From assembly GCA_964587195.1 (NCBI GenBank), contig CAZPKN010000003.1, positions 1 to 61,277 of the forward strand: a stretch of 61,277 nt of DNA. The letters run 5' to 3'. Positions within the stretch are counted from its first letter, which is position 1; each line of letters starts with the position of its first letter. The position numbers and the translations under genes are program-made. A model generated the notes under the pieces. That model saw only the letters and a list, made by a program, of their open reading frames with translations, searched no databases and was not told where the DNA came from. Below are positions 40,033-48,212 of the stretch, piece after piece. The DNA is from an uncultured Gammaproteobacteria bacterium (GTDB taxonomy: Bacteria; Patescibacteriota; Patescibacteriia; Patescibacteriales; UBA12465).

Positions 40033-40821
40033 TTAGAAACCGTATAAACGGTATTGAATCTTGCCTAACCAGTCGGAACGATATGATTTTTCAAACAATG
40101 GTGGAATATTACCAATAGCGTTAGTTATAAATTCTTTTACTTCTTTAAAGACGGTAATAATAATTGGCTGCTCGAGATTTTTAGAGGCTAATATTTTTCT
40201 CATTCCAAAATAGCGGATATCAAATAAATTTTTGCCAACATATTTAGAAACATATAAGCCTAAATGATTAACATGTTTTATTCTATTTATTTTTACAAAT
40301 CCATTTTGCCAAATAGTTTTTAATTCATCAGAAGCCATTTCAAAATTGACTAATAAATGATAATGAACGGCTCCGCCATTTGGTTTTGGTCTGCCGTAAT
40401 AGTCGTTATCTGATTGAAATTCAGGAATAGCAATATATTTTAAATTTGGTCTTTTTCTCTTTAGTCTTTTAATAAACTTTTTAAATATGGGGTTAGCTTC
40501 AACTAAGCTAGGCACATCAGAATCAAAGGTTAAGGTGATAAATACTTTTAAATCAGGATTAGCGTTTATTAAACGAACAATTCTTGATCTAGTGCGGCGA
40601 AGGGAAAAGTCTCGCATTACTTCAACTTGAAAAGCTTTATTGGCGCATTCTTTAATCTGCTTCATTATCTCTTCTTTTGTGCGACGTTTGGCAGCTTTCT
40701 TCTTTTTCTTCTTTTGGCCAACATGAATAGGCGTCTCGTATTGGTAGAGCTCCACCTTCTTCCCGGATATTATCAATTTGTTCTGATATGTGGCCATCTT
40801 TGAGGAGGGAATATAACTCAT
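40033..40821 (-). CDS. HUH rolling-circle replication initiator (pII functional equivalent)
   Basis: Motif I FITLTF, motif II VHYHLLVN, motif III YVSKYVGK. Confidence 0.9.
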   Translation of the reverse strand: MSYIPSSKMATYQNKLIISGKKVELYQYETPIHVGQKKKKKKAAKRRTKEEIMKQIKECANKAFQVEVMRDFSLRRTRSRIVRLINANPDLKVFITLTFDSDVPSLVEANPIFKKFIKRLKRKRPNLKYIAIPEFQSDNDYYGRPKPNGGAVHYHLLVNFEMASDELKTIWQNGFVKINRIKHVNHLGLYVSKYVGKNLFDIRYFGMRKILASKNLEQPIIITVFKEVKEFITNAIGNIPPLFEKSYRSDWLGKIQYRLYGF

Positions 40822-40993
40822 TAATGACGGAGCTATATTCTTGCTGATATGAATTAAGTTTTCGAACTAAAAGCTCGAAATCAGTAGTTGAGTCAGTTTT
40901 TATTCTTCTAGTAATTCCAAATTTTAAGGTTTTAATTCTTTCTCGAAGCCAAAGGATGTAATCAAATTCTTTTTTAATGTTTTTATATATCAT
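40652..40993 (-). CDS. Hypothetical protein overlapping the rep 5' end
   Basis: 113-aa ORF in a different frame from rep; coding status uncertain. Confidence 0.4.
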   Translation of the reverse strand: MIYKNIKKEFDYILWLRERIKTLKFGITRRIKTDSTTDFELLVRKLNSYQQEYSSVINELYSLLKDGHISEQIDNIREEGGALPIRDAYSCWPKEEKEESCQTSHKRRDNEAD

Positions 40994-41020
40994 ATATTTT
41001 TATCTAATATTCGTAGTGAC

Positions 41021-41155
41021 GGCCCGGTGTGTGCGTATGGTCAAGTTAATTATATTAGGGAAGGGCCGGGCCTCATTTCTAGTCTTAACTCTCATTTACC
41101 GTCTGCCATTTTTCTTTTTTGGCTCCCCCAAGGGGATGCCGCCAAAAAAGAAAAA
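41021..41155 (-). promoter_or_regulatory. Candidate phage intergenic region: plus-strand origin and packaging-type hairpin
   Basis: Minus-strand AACTTG/A at 41047-41041 inside a GGCCCGG/CCGGGCC inverted repeat; 15+5-bp hairpin at 41109-41155. Confidence 0.55.
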
Positions 41156-41368
41156 AACTGCAGCAGCCGGTCGGATCTTTAAATTTTAAAGGGAGCGGAT
41201 TGTCTATCTGTGGCTTTTCATTTTAGCGTCAGCTTATCACCCTTCAAGGTAGTACAAGTCTCCACCTTGACTGTCGCAAGCAATCAGACGCTGTCTTATG
41301 CCTCGCCGATAGATAATCTAAGGCGACATTATCCGGCAATTTAAAAATCAGTCGCCAATTTAATTTTT

Positions 41369-41665
41369 ATGACAATATCAGTCAAATCAAATTGGACAGG
41401 TTCAGAAAATACTTCTGATCTTGTTAGAAAACAGATTGCCGAACGTTGGGGTGAAGATGAAGCCAAACGTTATAATCCGTTTGTTAATTGCTTCACTTTC
41501 AACGGCTGGCTCAAAAACGGCTATGTCGTTCGTAAGGACGAAAAGGCACTCAAGTCTTTCATCATCGTTGAAAAGAAAGACAAGAAAACTGGAGCCGTTA
41601 TTGAGAGACGGCCGAAAACGATTTACCTTTTCTATGAAAGGCAAGTCGAGCCTCAACAGGCTTAA
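41369..41665 (+). CDS. ArdC-N-like ssDNA-binding protein
   Basis: FTFNGWLKNGYVVRKDEKA...IYLFYERQVE resembles the ArdC N-terminal signature. Confidence 0.6.
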   Translation: MTISVKSNWTGSENTSDLVRKQIAERWGEDEAKRYNPFVNCFTFNGWLKNGYVVRKDEKALKSFIIVEKKDKKTGAVIERRPKTIYLFYERQVEPQQA

Positions 41666-41726
41666 ACAATTCAAGGAATCAATCCTTCGGGATTGGTTCC
41701 TTTTTTTGTATAGACAATTTAAAGAA

Positions 41727-42578
41727 CTATCTAACTATTAATTCTTTTTGTTTTAAGAACTCCTCCTCACTTAAAACCCCTCTATATCCGGATTTATGTT
41801 CACGACCACAATCAGAGCAAATGCTAATTGGTCGCCAATAATGTTTTTTGGGGCGAAGCTTAATGTCATAACAACTGTCATAAATTCCCGTTGGCTTAAT
41901 AATTAGACCTTGCTTACATTTCGGACAATTGTCTAAGTCATAGTCATGTCTTTCATGACATTTCTCACAAAATTTATGCTCAAGCTCTAATTTATATTCA
42001 TTCCATTTCTTAAATAGAAGTTTTGATTTAAGAAAAAATCTAAGCTCTGATAACCAGGAGAAAAAACCATTATCTTTTGGATCCGGTTCTTCTTTTAGCA
42101 TTTGCGTTCTATCAATTGAACGTTCTCGAAAAATTATTACTCCGGGAATAAGTCGTAAAATACGAAAACAATCAGTCCATTCATCGATAACTATGCGAGC
42201 ACTTTTGGCGACAAGCGTGATATTTTGGGTTGTGCCATAAATATCAACGTGATGATGTCGATGTTGCTGAAAAAATCTTCTAATCGCTCCGCTTTCATTT
42301 TCCCAGTTTCTTGGATCAAGCGGTTCGGCAATTTCATCACAAATTACAATACAATTTCTTACATCAACAATATCTTCCATTTCTTGATAATAGTGAAGAT
42401 TATTTTCTTCTTTATTCCATTCGCCTAAAACGTCATACCGTTTCCAGTTAATCCACAAATTAGAATAGACTTGATAACCAGCGATAAGATAAGGATAGAC
42501 AAAAGTCGCCATCATCAATGATTTACCGCTTCCCGGGAGTCCAGTTATTAGTTTAAACTTTGAACCATCTAGCGCCAT
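41727..42578 (-). CDS. Zot-like assembly ATPase (pI-like)
   Basis: ITGLPGSGKS Walker A, ICDEI Walker B, FFQQHRH and GTTQ motifs; C-terminal CxxC pairs. Confidence 0.9.
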   Translation of the reverse strand: MALDGSKFKLITGLPGSGKSLMMATFVYPYLIAGYQVYSNLWINWKRYDVLGEWNKEENNLHYYQEMEDIVDVRNCIVICDEIAEPLDPRNWENESGAIRRFFQQHRHHHVDIYGTTQNITLVAKSARIVIDEWTDCFRILRLIPGVIIFRERSIDRTQMLKEEPDPKDNGFFSWLSELRFFLKSKLLFKKWNEYKLELEHKFCEKCHERHDYDLDNCPKCKQGLIIKPTGIYDSCYDIKLRPKKHYWRPISICSDCGREHKSGYRGVLSEEEFLKQKELIVR

Positions 42579-42582
42579 ATAA

Positions 42583-42858
42583 TTATTCTCTTAAACCAGA
42601 ATTATTAATTAATATTTTTATAGCCATAATTGACCATAAGAAAGGATAAACTGAAAATATAAGACCAACTATTTGCCATAAGGTGTCTGTTGGAAAAATA
42701 AAATCTATCAGGCTAGACCACTGTCGAATCATTCCGAAGAAGATTGTAATGTTAGACCAGGGAATCAGGCTATTAACCGCTTGTCCGATAGCGTAAAGCA
42801 GCCCTGATATAAAAGAAGTGACTAAAACTACTTTGATAAATTGAATTATTGCATTCAT
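42583..42858 (-). CDS. pVI-like minor coat protein
   Basis: 91-aa hydrophobic protein between the pIII-like and pI-like genes. Confidence 0.7.
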   Translation of the reverse strand: MNAIIQFIKVVLVTSFISGLLYAIGQAVNSLIPWSNITIFFGMIRQWSSLIDFIFPTDTLWQIVGLIFSVYPFLWSIMAIKILINNSGLRE

Positions 42859-42862
42859 ATGT

Positions 42863-44650
42863 TTATTGTCCGCCTGTCATCTTGTCGATGAAGGCTTTAC
42901 CATTTTTAATTACCCAAAAACCAAAAAGTCCCCACAAAGCCCATTTAATAATTGTTTTAATGGCGAAGAATAATTGATTAGTTTTTTCGGCATTAACTGT
43001 TCCCAGAGTTGAGCTAGAAGTAAAAATATCTTTACCCCATAAAACAACCGTGGCGGTCGAGGTCCCTGTAGTTGGAATTTGAGCGGTTAAATTTCCATTT
43101 ACCGGCGAAAGAAAAGCAAGTTCCGACATAACATCTTTATTAGCACTTGCTTTCCAGGCATCATTTAAATTAGTGTAAATATTAAAAGGGAAGACATTTT
43201 TTAATATGTTTCCTGCTTTATATATTCCGTCAGTTGCCATGGTTGTGAATTTATTTCCGGCAATAATAAAACCTAATTTAAACTTACAGCCAATAACTGT
43301 TAAATTAAGAGCCGGCACATCAACGCCAAATATTTCTGGCGGCGGTGTATTCCAATCTTCTTCACTACAAGCCGCCTCATACATAACCGCATCATCATAA
43401 AAAGGATTAGTTGAGCTAGCGGCTAAAATATCAGCCACAGTAGGAATTTCAGTCGGTTGCCAATTAACCGTTACTACATGAGGAATAGTTGTTGTCGCTT
43501 CTACGTCTCCTAAAGTAGGCGACCAATATGCTGCCAAATGTCCAATTACCTCGTAATGAACATAACCAGTCGTTGAAGCGTTTCCCGTTAAAGTAAAATA
43601 ACTGTTGCCGTTTGATTTGCTTGTGAAAAAGCCTGTTGTATCGATAATTGTGCTAGTAGCAATAAATGTGCTGGTAGACCAATCGGGGCTAATTTCTTTT
43701 ATTTCAATATAATCATAAGGGGTAAAAACATCTTCGTTATATAGATAACGAACAATAGCGGTTGATTGATTAGAAAAATTATAAGGATTAGAGAAAAAGA
43801 ATAAACTGATATTATTAGCGTTTGGGTTGCTAGCACATTCACCGCAATCAACTGGGCAAGTAGAGCAATTTTCTATTTCTGTATGACATAAAGTGTCACC
43901 GCAATAATATGGCGAAACATATTCGCCATAATTTAAAACTACAATTCCTAAAACAGAAATATAGCCAGGATTACCATCAGACCAAGAAAAAGATTGTCCC
44001 GGTAAATCTTGGATTTTATAAGCCGAGGAAACGCCAACTCCAAAATTCCAACCTTGACCGACAGCGCCGTTGGTAAGAGTAAATCCTGACGGAGGTGTTA
44101 CTGATTCATTGCCTGACCAAAACCAAGAAACCACCATTGAATTATCATTTGTAAGAGATATATAACTAGAATCTTTTGAATAACCATTATTGTATGGAGT
44201 CGTTACCCAGGGATTATTTTGATCAACATTGCAATAAACTTGAATTTGAGCCGCTTGGTCATTTGATCCGTTCCAATTAAAATTTAAGTAATGCGTGCCT
44301 GCTTCTGGACTTAATAATGAAAAAACATATCCGCCCATATTGCTTTTAATCGGACCACTTGACCAAGTGTTTAATTGTTGAGTCATTGATGTGCCCCCAT
44401 AATCTATTGTCACAGAATCTGAATACCAGCCTTGTGTCGCCACTAAAAGTAGGGAATTGTAGCAATCCGTCGGTACTGTAAAAGGAATAGAACGAACATT
44501 ACCATTTAAGTTTCCCGGGTTAGTGCTGTCTATGTATGTACTAGCTCCTAAATAAATATTTTCTTGAGCGTGAGTTATTTTACTCATGCCAATAAAAGAA
44601 AAGAAAACAATAAATAAGAAGACAGTAATTTGTAGTAATTTATTTTTCAT
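42863..44650 (-). CDS. pIII-like adsorption protein
   Basis: Signal peptide ending THA, beta-rich domains, Cys-rich linker, C-terminal TM anchor; canonical gene position. Confidence 0.75.
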   Translation of the reverse strand: MKNKLLQITVFLFIVFFSFIGMSKITHAQENIYLGASTYIDSTNPGNLNGNVRSIPFTVPTDCYNSLLLVATQGWYSDSVTIDYGGTSMTQQLNTWSSGPIKSNMGGYVFSLLSPEAGTHYLNFNWNGSNDQAAQIQVYCNVDQNNPWVTTPYNNGYSKDSSYISLTNDNSMVVSWFWSGNESVTPPSGFTLTNGAVGQGWNFGVGVSSAYKIQDLPGQSFSWSDGNPGYISVLGIVVLNYGEYVSPYYCGDTLCHTEIENCSTCPVDCGECASNPNANNISLFFFSNPYNFSNQSTAIVRYLYNEDVFTPYDYIEIKEISPDWSTSTFIATSTIIDTTGFFTSKSNGNSYFTLTGNASTTGYVHYEVIGHLAAYWSPTLGDVEATTTIPHVVTVNWQPTEIPTVADILAASSTNPFYDDAVMYEAACSEEDWNTPPPEIFGVDVPALNLTVIGCKFKLGFIIAGNKFTTMATDGIYKAGNILKNVFPFNIYTNLNDAWKASANKDVMSELAFLSPVNGNLTAQIPTTGTSTATVVLWGKDIFTSSSTLGTVNAEKTNQLFFAIKTIIKWALWGLFGFWVIKNGKAFIDKMTGGQ

Positions 44651-44804
44651 CTTTTTGGTTCGTTATTTCTCGCCAATTTTTATAAATTTCATCTAGCTTA
44701 AGCCGGTCGTGATAAAGCCTAGGCTCGGTAAAAGATTTATAGAATTGATAATTTAGATAAACGAGAATAACTATTAAAATCACGAGTAAAATATTGGTAA
44801 GCAT
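44640..44804 (-). CDS. 54-aa single-TM protein (not in ORF track)
   Basis: MLTNILLVILIVILVYLNYQFYKSFTEPRLYHDRLKLDEIYKNWREITNQKDEK*; overlaps the pIII start. Confidence 0.6.
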   Translation of the reverse strand: MLTNILLVILIVILVYLNYQFYKSFTEPRLYHDRLKLDEIYKNWREITNQKDEK

Positions 44805-44858
44805 AAAATTATTTTAAGAAGGGAGTTTTCGCCCCGCCGGTTAAAGCGGGGCGATAAA

Positions 44859-45107
44859 CTATTTGATCGTGCCCCTGATTTTCTTTACGCCCCACATAAT
44901 ACCCTTGATAATCAAAGTTAAAGTGATGACGGCGCCGAACACTCCGAGGATATAAGGGATAAACGCATAAGCGTTATCCTTTAATAAATCGGTGGTGCTA
45001 GCTAAAGAATTAGTCAGGTCCGGATCGGCGGCCGCATGAGCGAAATTAGTACTTAAACCAAGTGCGCCTATGAAAGCCATAAATCCGAGTCCAATCTTCT
45101 TAAACAT
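44859..45107 (-). CDS. Major coat protein (pVIII-like)
   Basis: Signal peptide ending AHA, acidic N-terminus, one TM helix, basic tail KKIRGTIK; SD-like GGGGGTG 6 nt before ATG 45107. Confidence 0.85.
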   Translation of the reverse strand: MFKKIGLGFMAFIGALGLSTNFAHAAADPDLTNSLASTTDLLKDNAYAFIPYILGVFGAVITLTLIIKGIMWGVKKIRGTIK

Positions 45108-45130
45108 ATTTTTCACCCCCTTTCTAGTCT

Positions 45131-45232
45131 TTATTTATTTTTGTTAATAAAGAACGGAATAAGAATAAGACCGAGAAATCCAGCCCATAGGCACCATTTT
45201 AATAATTCATTTACTGCTTCAAATTCGGTCAT
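45131..45232 (-). CDS. 33-aa pIX/pVII-like minor coat protein (not in ORF track)
   Basis: MTEFEAVNELLKWCLWAGFLGLILIPFFINKNK*. Confidence 0.7.
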   Translation of the reverse strand: MTEFEAVNELLKWCLWAGFLGLILIPFFINKNK

Positions 45233-45236
45233 ATAA

Positions 45237-45335
45237 TTACAAACTATCTTTTATCTTTTTAAGCCCCCAAATTATCAAAAGGATGATAATTAAAGGCGTG
45301 TAGATCTGAACGAATTCAATGCCATTTATTTCCAT
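45237..45335 (-). CDS. 32-aa pVII/pIX-like minor coat protein (not in ORF track)
   Basis: MEINGIEFVQIYTPLIIILLIIWGLKKIKDSL*. Confidence 0.7.
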   Translation of the reverse strand: MEINGIEFVQIYTPLIIILLIIWGLKKIKDSL

Positions 45336-45493
45336 ATTTTTTTAGCTACATAAATTATGATAATTGCCCCTAAGGCTATTTTTACGAAGAAAAATAAGCC
45401 GGCAATTGGCAATACGAAAGTCGCGCTTAAATTAACAATATTGTCAGCGCTGTCTAAAACTTGGTAATGGAATAAAATTTCATTGAAATTCAT
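45326..45493 (-). CDS. 55-aa single-TM protein (not in ORF track)
   Basis: MNFNEILFHYQVLDSADNIVNLSATFVLPIAGLFFFVKIALGAIIIIYVAKKIWK*; overlaps the next start. Confidence 0.65.
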   Translation of the reverse strand: MNFNEILFHYQVLDSADNIVNLSATFVLPIAGLFFFVKIALGAIIIIYVAKKIWK

Positions 45494-45560
45494 ATAATAA
45501 TTAATTTAGAAATCGGAGCGGACTTACAGGATAAAAATATTTCCTTGCCGCCCCATATTT

Positions 45561-45857
45561 CTATTTCTTATCGTTTTCATTCTCAGACACGTAAATAGAA
45601 AGATAAGCTCTTTGCCTTACCCCATCGACATAGCTAAAAGGGAAGACATTAACCTCAAGCTCTACTTCTGAGCCGACTGCGCCAAAATCTCGGTCCAGTG
45701 GCACATTTACCTTTATTGGGTAAATACTGCCTAATGGGTCGATAAATAATGAGCGGACAACGCCGGGGACTCCGTCTTTACTGACGAAATCTTTTGTTTT
45801 ATCATCTTTGATTTTTCCTTTTAAAATAAACATAGTTTTATTGTTATTTTTATTCAT
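45561..45857 (-). CDS. pV-like ssDNA-binding protein
   Basis: 98-aa beta-rich protein from ATG 45857 (GGGGG upstream), first gene of the structural cassette; assignment mainly positional. Confidence 0.6.
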   Translation of the reverse strand: MNKNNNKTMFILKGKIKDDKTKDFVSKDGVPGVVRSLFIDPLGSIYPIKVNVPLDRDFGAVGSEVELEVNVFPFSYVDGVRQRAYLSIYVSENENDKK

Positions 45858-45951
45858 TGTTCTGCCCCCGACCTTTATCCGGCAGTTTACGCTCATATCA
45901 TAGATAAAGAGGGTTCTGAAAAGTTCCGGTACCATTTTTCAGAACAACAAA

Positions 45952-45977
45952 AAAAGACCTGTTTTACAGGTCTTTTT
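45952..45977. terminator. Bidirectional terminator, copy 1
   Basis: AAAAGACCTGT-TTT-ACAGGTCTTTT. Confidence 0.8.
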
Positions 45978-45997
45978 AGCGATATTTTTTCAGAACT

Positions 45998-46807
45998 TTA
46001 GAGGTATTTTTTGTTTAACTTAACTTTTCCTTTTCTTCCAGTATTGAAAATTAGGAAGTCTTTAATTTTTATAGCATCTTCAATTTTCTTATTAACTTCA
46101 AAGCAAATATTATGATATCTTTTCCAGCGCCTTCTGTTTTCCTTGTATTCATCAAAGTCATCAAACTCATCTTCGGCTATTTCTGAGTAAAAGAAATCAT
46201 CATCTAAATTATCTTTATTATCAATAAAGACATATTTTAGTAATTTATGGGCATTTCCAATTTTATCTTGCTTGCCAATAGACACTTTTTGCGCTTTTAT
46301 CCAGAGAATGCTTCTTTTTGGGTCAAAATAGGTTTTTTTATCATCCTCATCTTCGCTCAAAAAACTCTTTTGGTCTAATTGCTCAAAAATGTTGCTATTT
46401 ATTACCTTAAAAGACAGCTTAAGGGAGTCTTTAGAATAGGGTTTAGAGAAAAGACGGCATAAATCATCAAATTCTTGTTTATCAGCTATATTACAATCCT
46501 TAATCTTTTTCATCCGGCTATATATTATTTTAAGGTTTGAATAATATACCCAAAATTCATTAGTGTGAATAACCTCGCTTTTAACGTTAAGGAATTTATC
46601 CTCATTAAGCTCTTGGCCGGCTTCGCCCATTGCTTTGACGGTGTTATCAAAAATGCCTTGTAAAACCTCTTTAGTGACCGGGTCTTTATCGATGAGAGTA
46701 ATGTATTTATAGACGATAACAAAGCGCTGAAAAATGTTATTTTCTATACAAAAAAGCCTAGTTAATTCCAGCATTTTTTCTTTCACTGCTGAGCAATAGG
46801 CTTTCAT
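45998..46807 (-). CDS. Hypothetical protein with possible C-terminal winged helix
   Basis: 269 aa; the C-terminal YSEIAEDEF...INKK-like helix plus GKVKLNKKYL hairpin pattern suggests a wHTH (inference). Confidence 0.6.
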   Translation of the reverse strand: MKAYCSAVKEKMLELTRLFCIENNIFQRFVIVYKYITLIDKDPVTKEVLQGIFDNTVKAMGEAGQELNEDKFLNVKSEVIHTNEFWVYYSNLKIIYSRMKKIKDCNIADKQEFDDLCRLFSKPYSKDSLKLSFKVINSNIFEQLDQKSFLSEDEDDKKTYFDPKRSILWIKAQKVSIGKQDKIGNAHKLLKYVFIDNKDNLDDDFFYSEIAEDEFDDFDEYKENRRRWKRYHNICFEVNKKIEDAIKIKDFLIFNTGRKGKVKLNKKYL

Positions 46808-46982
46808 ATGATTTCTACTTTTAAAATATTCCCGCCTTTTGAGCAGGGAATATTTGCTATTCTATATAAATTTGTCAATAAGTCATGGTTTTAGGGAAAT
46901 TTTAGATTCATATTATTCTTATTATAAATTAAATTTAGAATCAAAACAAGTTGATAAATATTAGCCTATTTATGGACTTTTC

Positions 46983-47043
46983 AAATATTTACAAAATATT
47001 TACAAAATTAAAAATAATTGTTAAAGTAGAAGTAAAGTTTTAC
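46983..47043 (+). promoter_or_regulatory. Promoter/operator region of the XRE-glycosylation operon
   Basis: AAATATTTACA x2 (11-bp period), TTTACA-N17-TAAAGT with TGn, palindrome GTAAA-GT-TTTAC. Confidence 0.45.
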
Positions 47044-47064
47044 TAGAAAATAGTTAAACAAGAT

Positions 47065-47265
47065 ATGAAATCAAAAATCGGAGAGAATCTAAAAAAGTAT
47101 CGATTAGGTTGCGGTTTGTCACAGGAAGAATTAGCCTCTAAAGCTAATGTAACTTTTCATACTATTTCAAAAATAGAAACAGGTGCGACTAATGACCCAA
47201 GGGCCTTAACTCTTGAGAAGCTAGTTAAAGTTTTAGATATTAAAATTGATGATTTATTAAAATAA
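47065..47265 (+). CDS. XRE-family HTH repressor
   Basis: LKKYRLGCGLSQEELASKANVTFHTISKIETG pattern. Confidence 0.92.
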   Translation: MKSKIGENLKKYRLGCGLSQEELASKANVTFHTISKIETGATNDPRALTLEKLVKVLDIKIDDLLK

Positions 47266-47269
47266 AAAT

Positions 47270-48211
47270 ATGGATAATTTATATTTATCAGTTATTGTTC
47301 CTGTATATAATGAAGAGGGGGCAGCAGCTAATCTTTATCAGGAAATTTTAAATGTTTGCCAAAAAATTAATAAACCATTTGAAATTATTTTTGTTAACGA
47401 TGGTTCAACCGACAAAACTCTTGAAGTCTTAAAAACCCTATCACCGATTAAAATTGTTAATTTACGTGGCAATTTTGGACAAACAGCAGCCATGGATGCT
47501 GGAATTAAAGCCGCTTCCGGCTTCTATTTAGCCACTTTAGACGGTGACGGGCAAAATGATCCAGCTGACATTCCTAATCTAATAGCTGAACTGGAGAAAA
47601 ATGATTTAGATGTAGTTTCTGGTTGGAGAAAGAATAGAAAGGATACTTTTATGAAAAAGCTTTCTTCTAAATGTGCCGCTTATGTTAGAAAGCGCTTAAT
47701 TAACGATGGGATTCATGACTCAGGTTGTTCGCTTAAAGTTTATAAAAAAGAGTGTTTTAAGGGAGTAACGCTTTATGGCGAAATGCATCGTTTTATTCCG
47801 GCTGTTTTAAAAATTAAAGGCTTTAAAATTGGAGAGTTAGTAGTTAATCATCGTTCAAGGAAGACTGGTAGAACAAAATATAATTGGAAACGAGGAATAA
47901 AAGGAATTTTAGATATGTTTTCCGTTTGGTTCTGGAAAAAATATGCTAATCGCCCCCTACATTTATTTGGGGGATGGGGGGTTATATTGATCACGATTTC
48001 ATTTTTTTCTGGACTTTTAGCAATGTATAAAAAAATATTTTCAGGTCAAGATTTATCTGACACGGCTTTAACCGATTTATCAATGTTTGGGTTTTTTGTT
48101 GGCATAATGTTTTTTATTTTTGGTCTTTTAGCTGATATTCTTTCTAAAAACTATTATGCTACTCATAAAGAAGAGGCCTATAGTGTTAAAGAAGTAATTG
48201 ATAATAAGTAA
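47270..48211 (+). CDS. GT2 polyprenyl-phosphate glycosyltransferase (ArnC/DPM-like)
   Basis: VIVPVYNEE, VNDGSTD, LDGDGQNDP, GEMHRFIP motifs; two C-terminal TM helices. Confidence 0.92.
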   Translation: MDNLYLSVIVPVYNEEGAAANLYQEILNVCQKINKPFEIIFVNDGSTDKTLEVLKTLSPIKIVNLRGNFGQTAAMDAGIKAASGFYLATLDGDGQNDPADIPNLIAELEKNDLDVVSGWRKNRKDTFMKKLSSKCAAYVRKRLINDGIHDSGCSLKVYKKECFKGVTLYGEMHRFIPAVLKIKGFKIGELVVNHRSRKTGRTKYNWKRGIKGILDMFSVWFWKKYANRPLHLFGGWGVILITISFFSGLLAMYKKIFSGQDLSDTALTDLSMFGFFVGIMFFIFGLLADILSKNYYATHKEEAYSVKEVIDNK

Positions 48212-48212
48212 T

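Noticed and set aside
40977-41741. ORFs 40977-41189, 41402-41674 and 41421-41741
   Set aside because: They overlap the hairpin-rich origin region or the better-supported ArdC-like gene and show no protein-like motifs
41727-42578. Zonula occludens enterotoxin
   Set aside because: Only the shared ATPase domain is present, in a phage morphogenesis context, with no toxin C-terminal domain
46824-46855. AAATATTCCC/GGGAATATTT hairpin sharing 10 nt with the tRNA 5' repeat, as an internal att or target site
   Set aside because: Short AT-rich match with no accompanying tRNA or att features; more simply a regulatory stem before the 46807 gene
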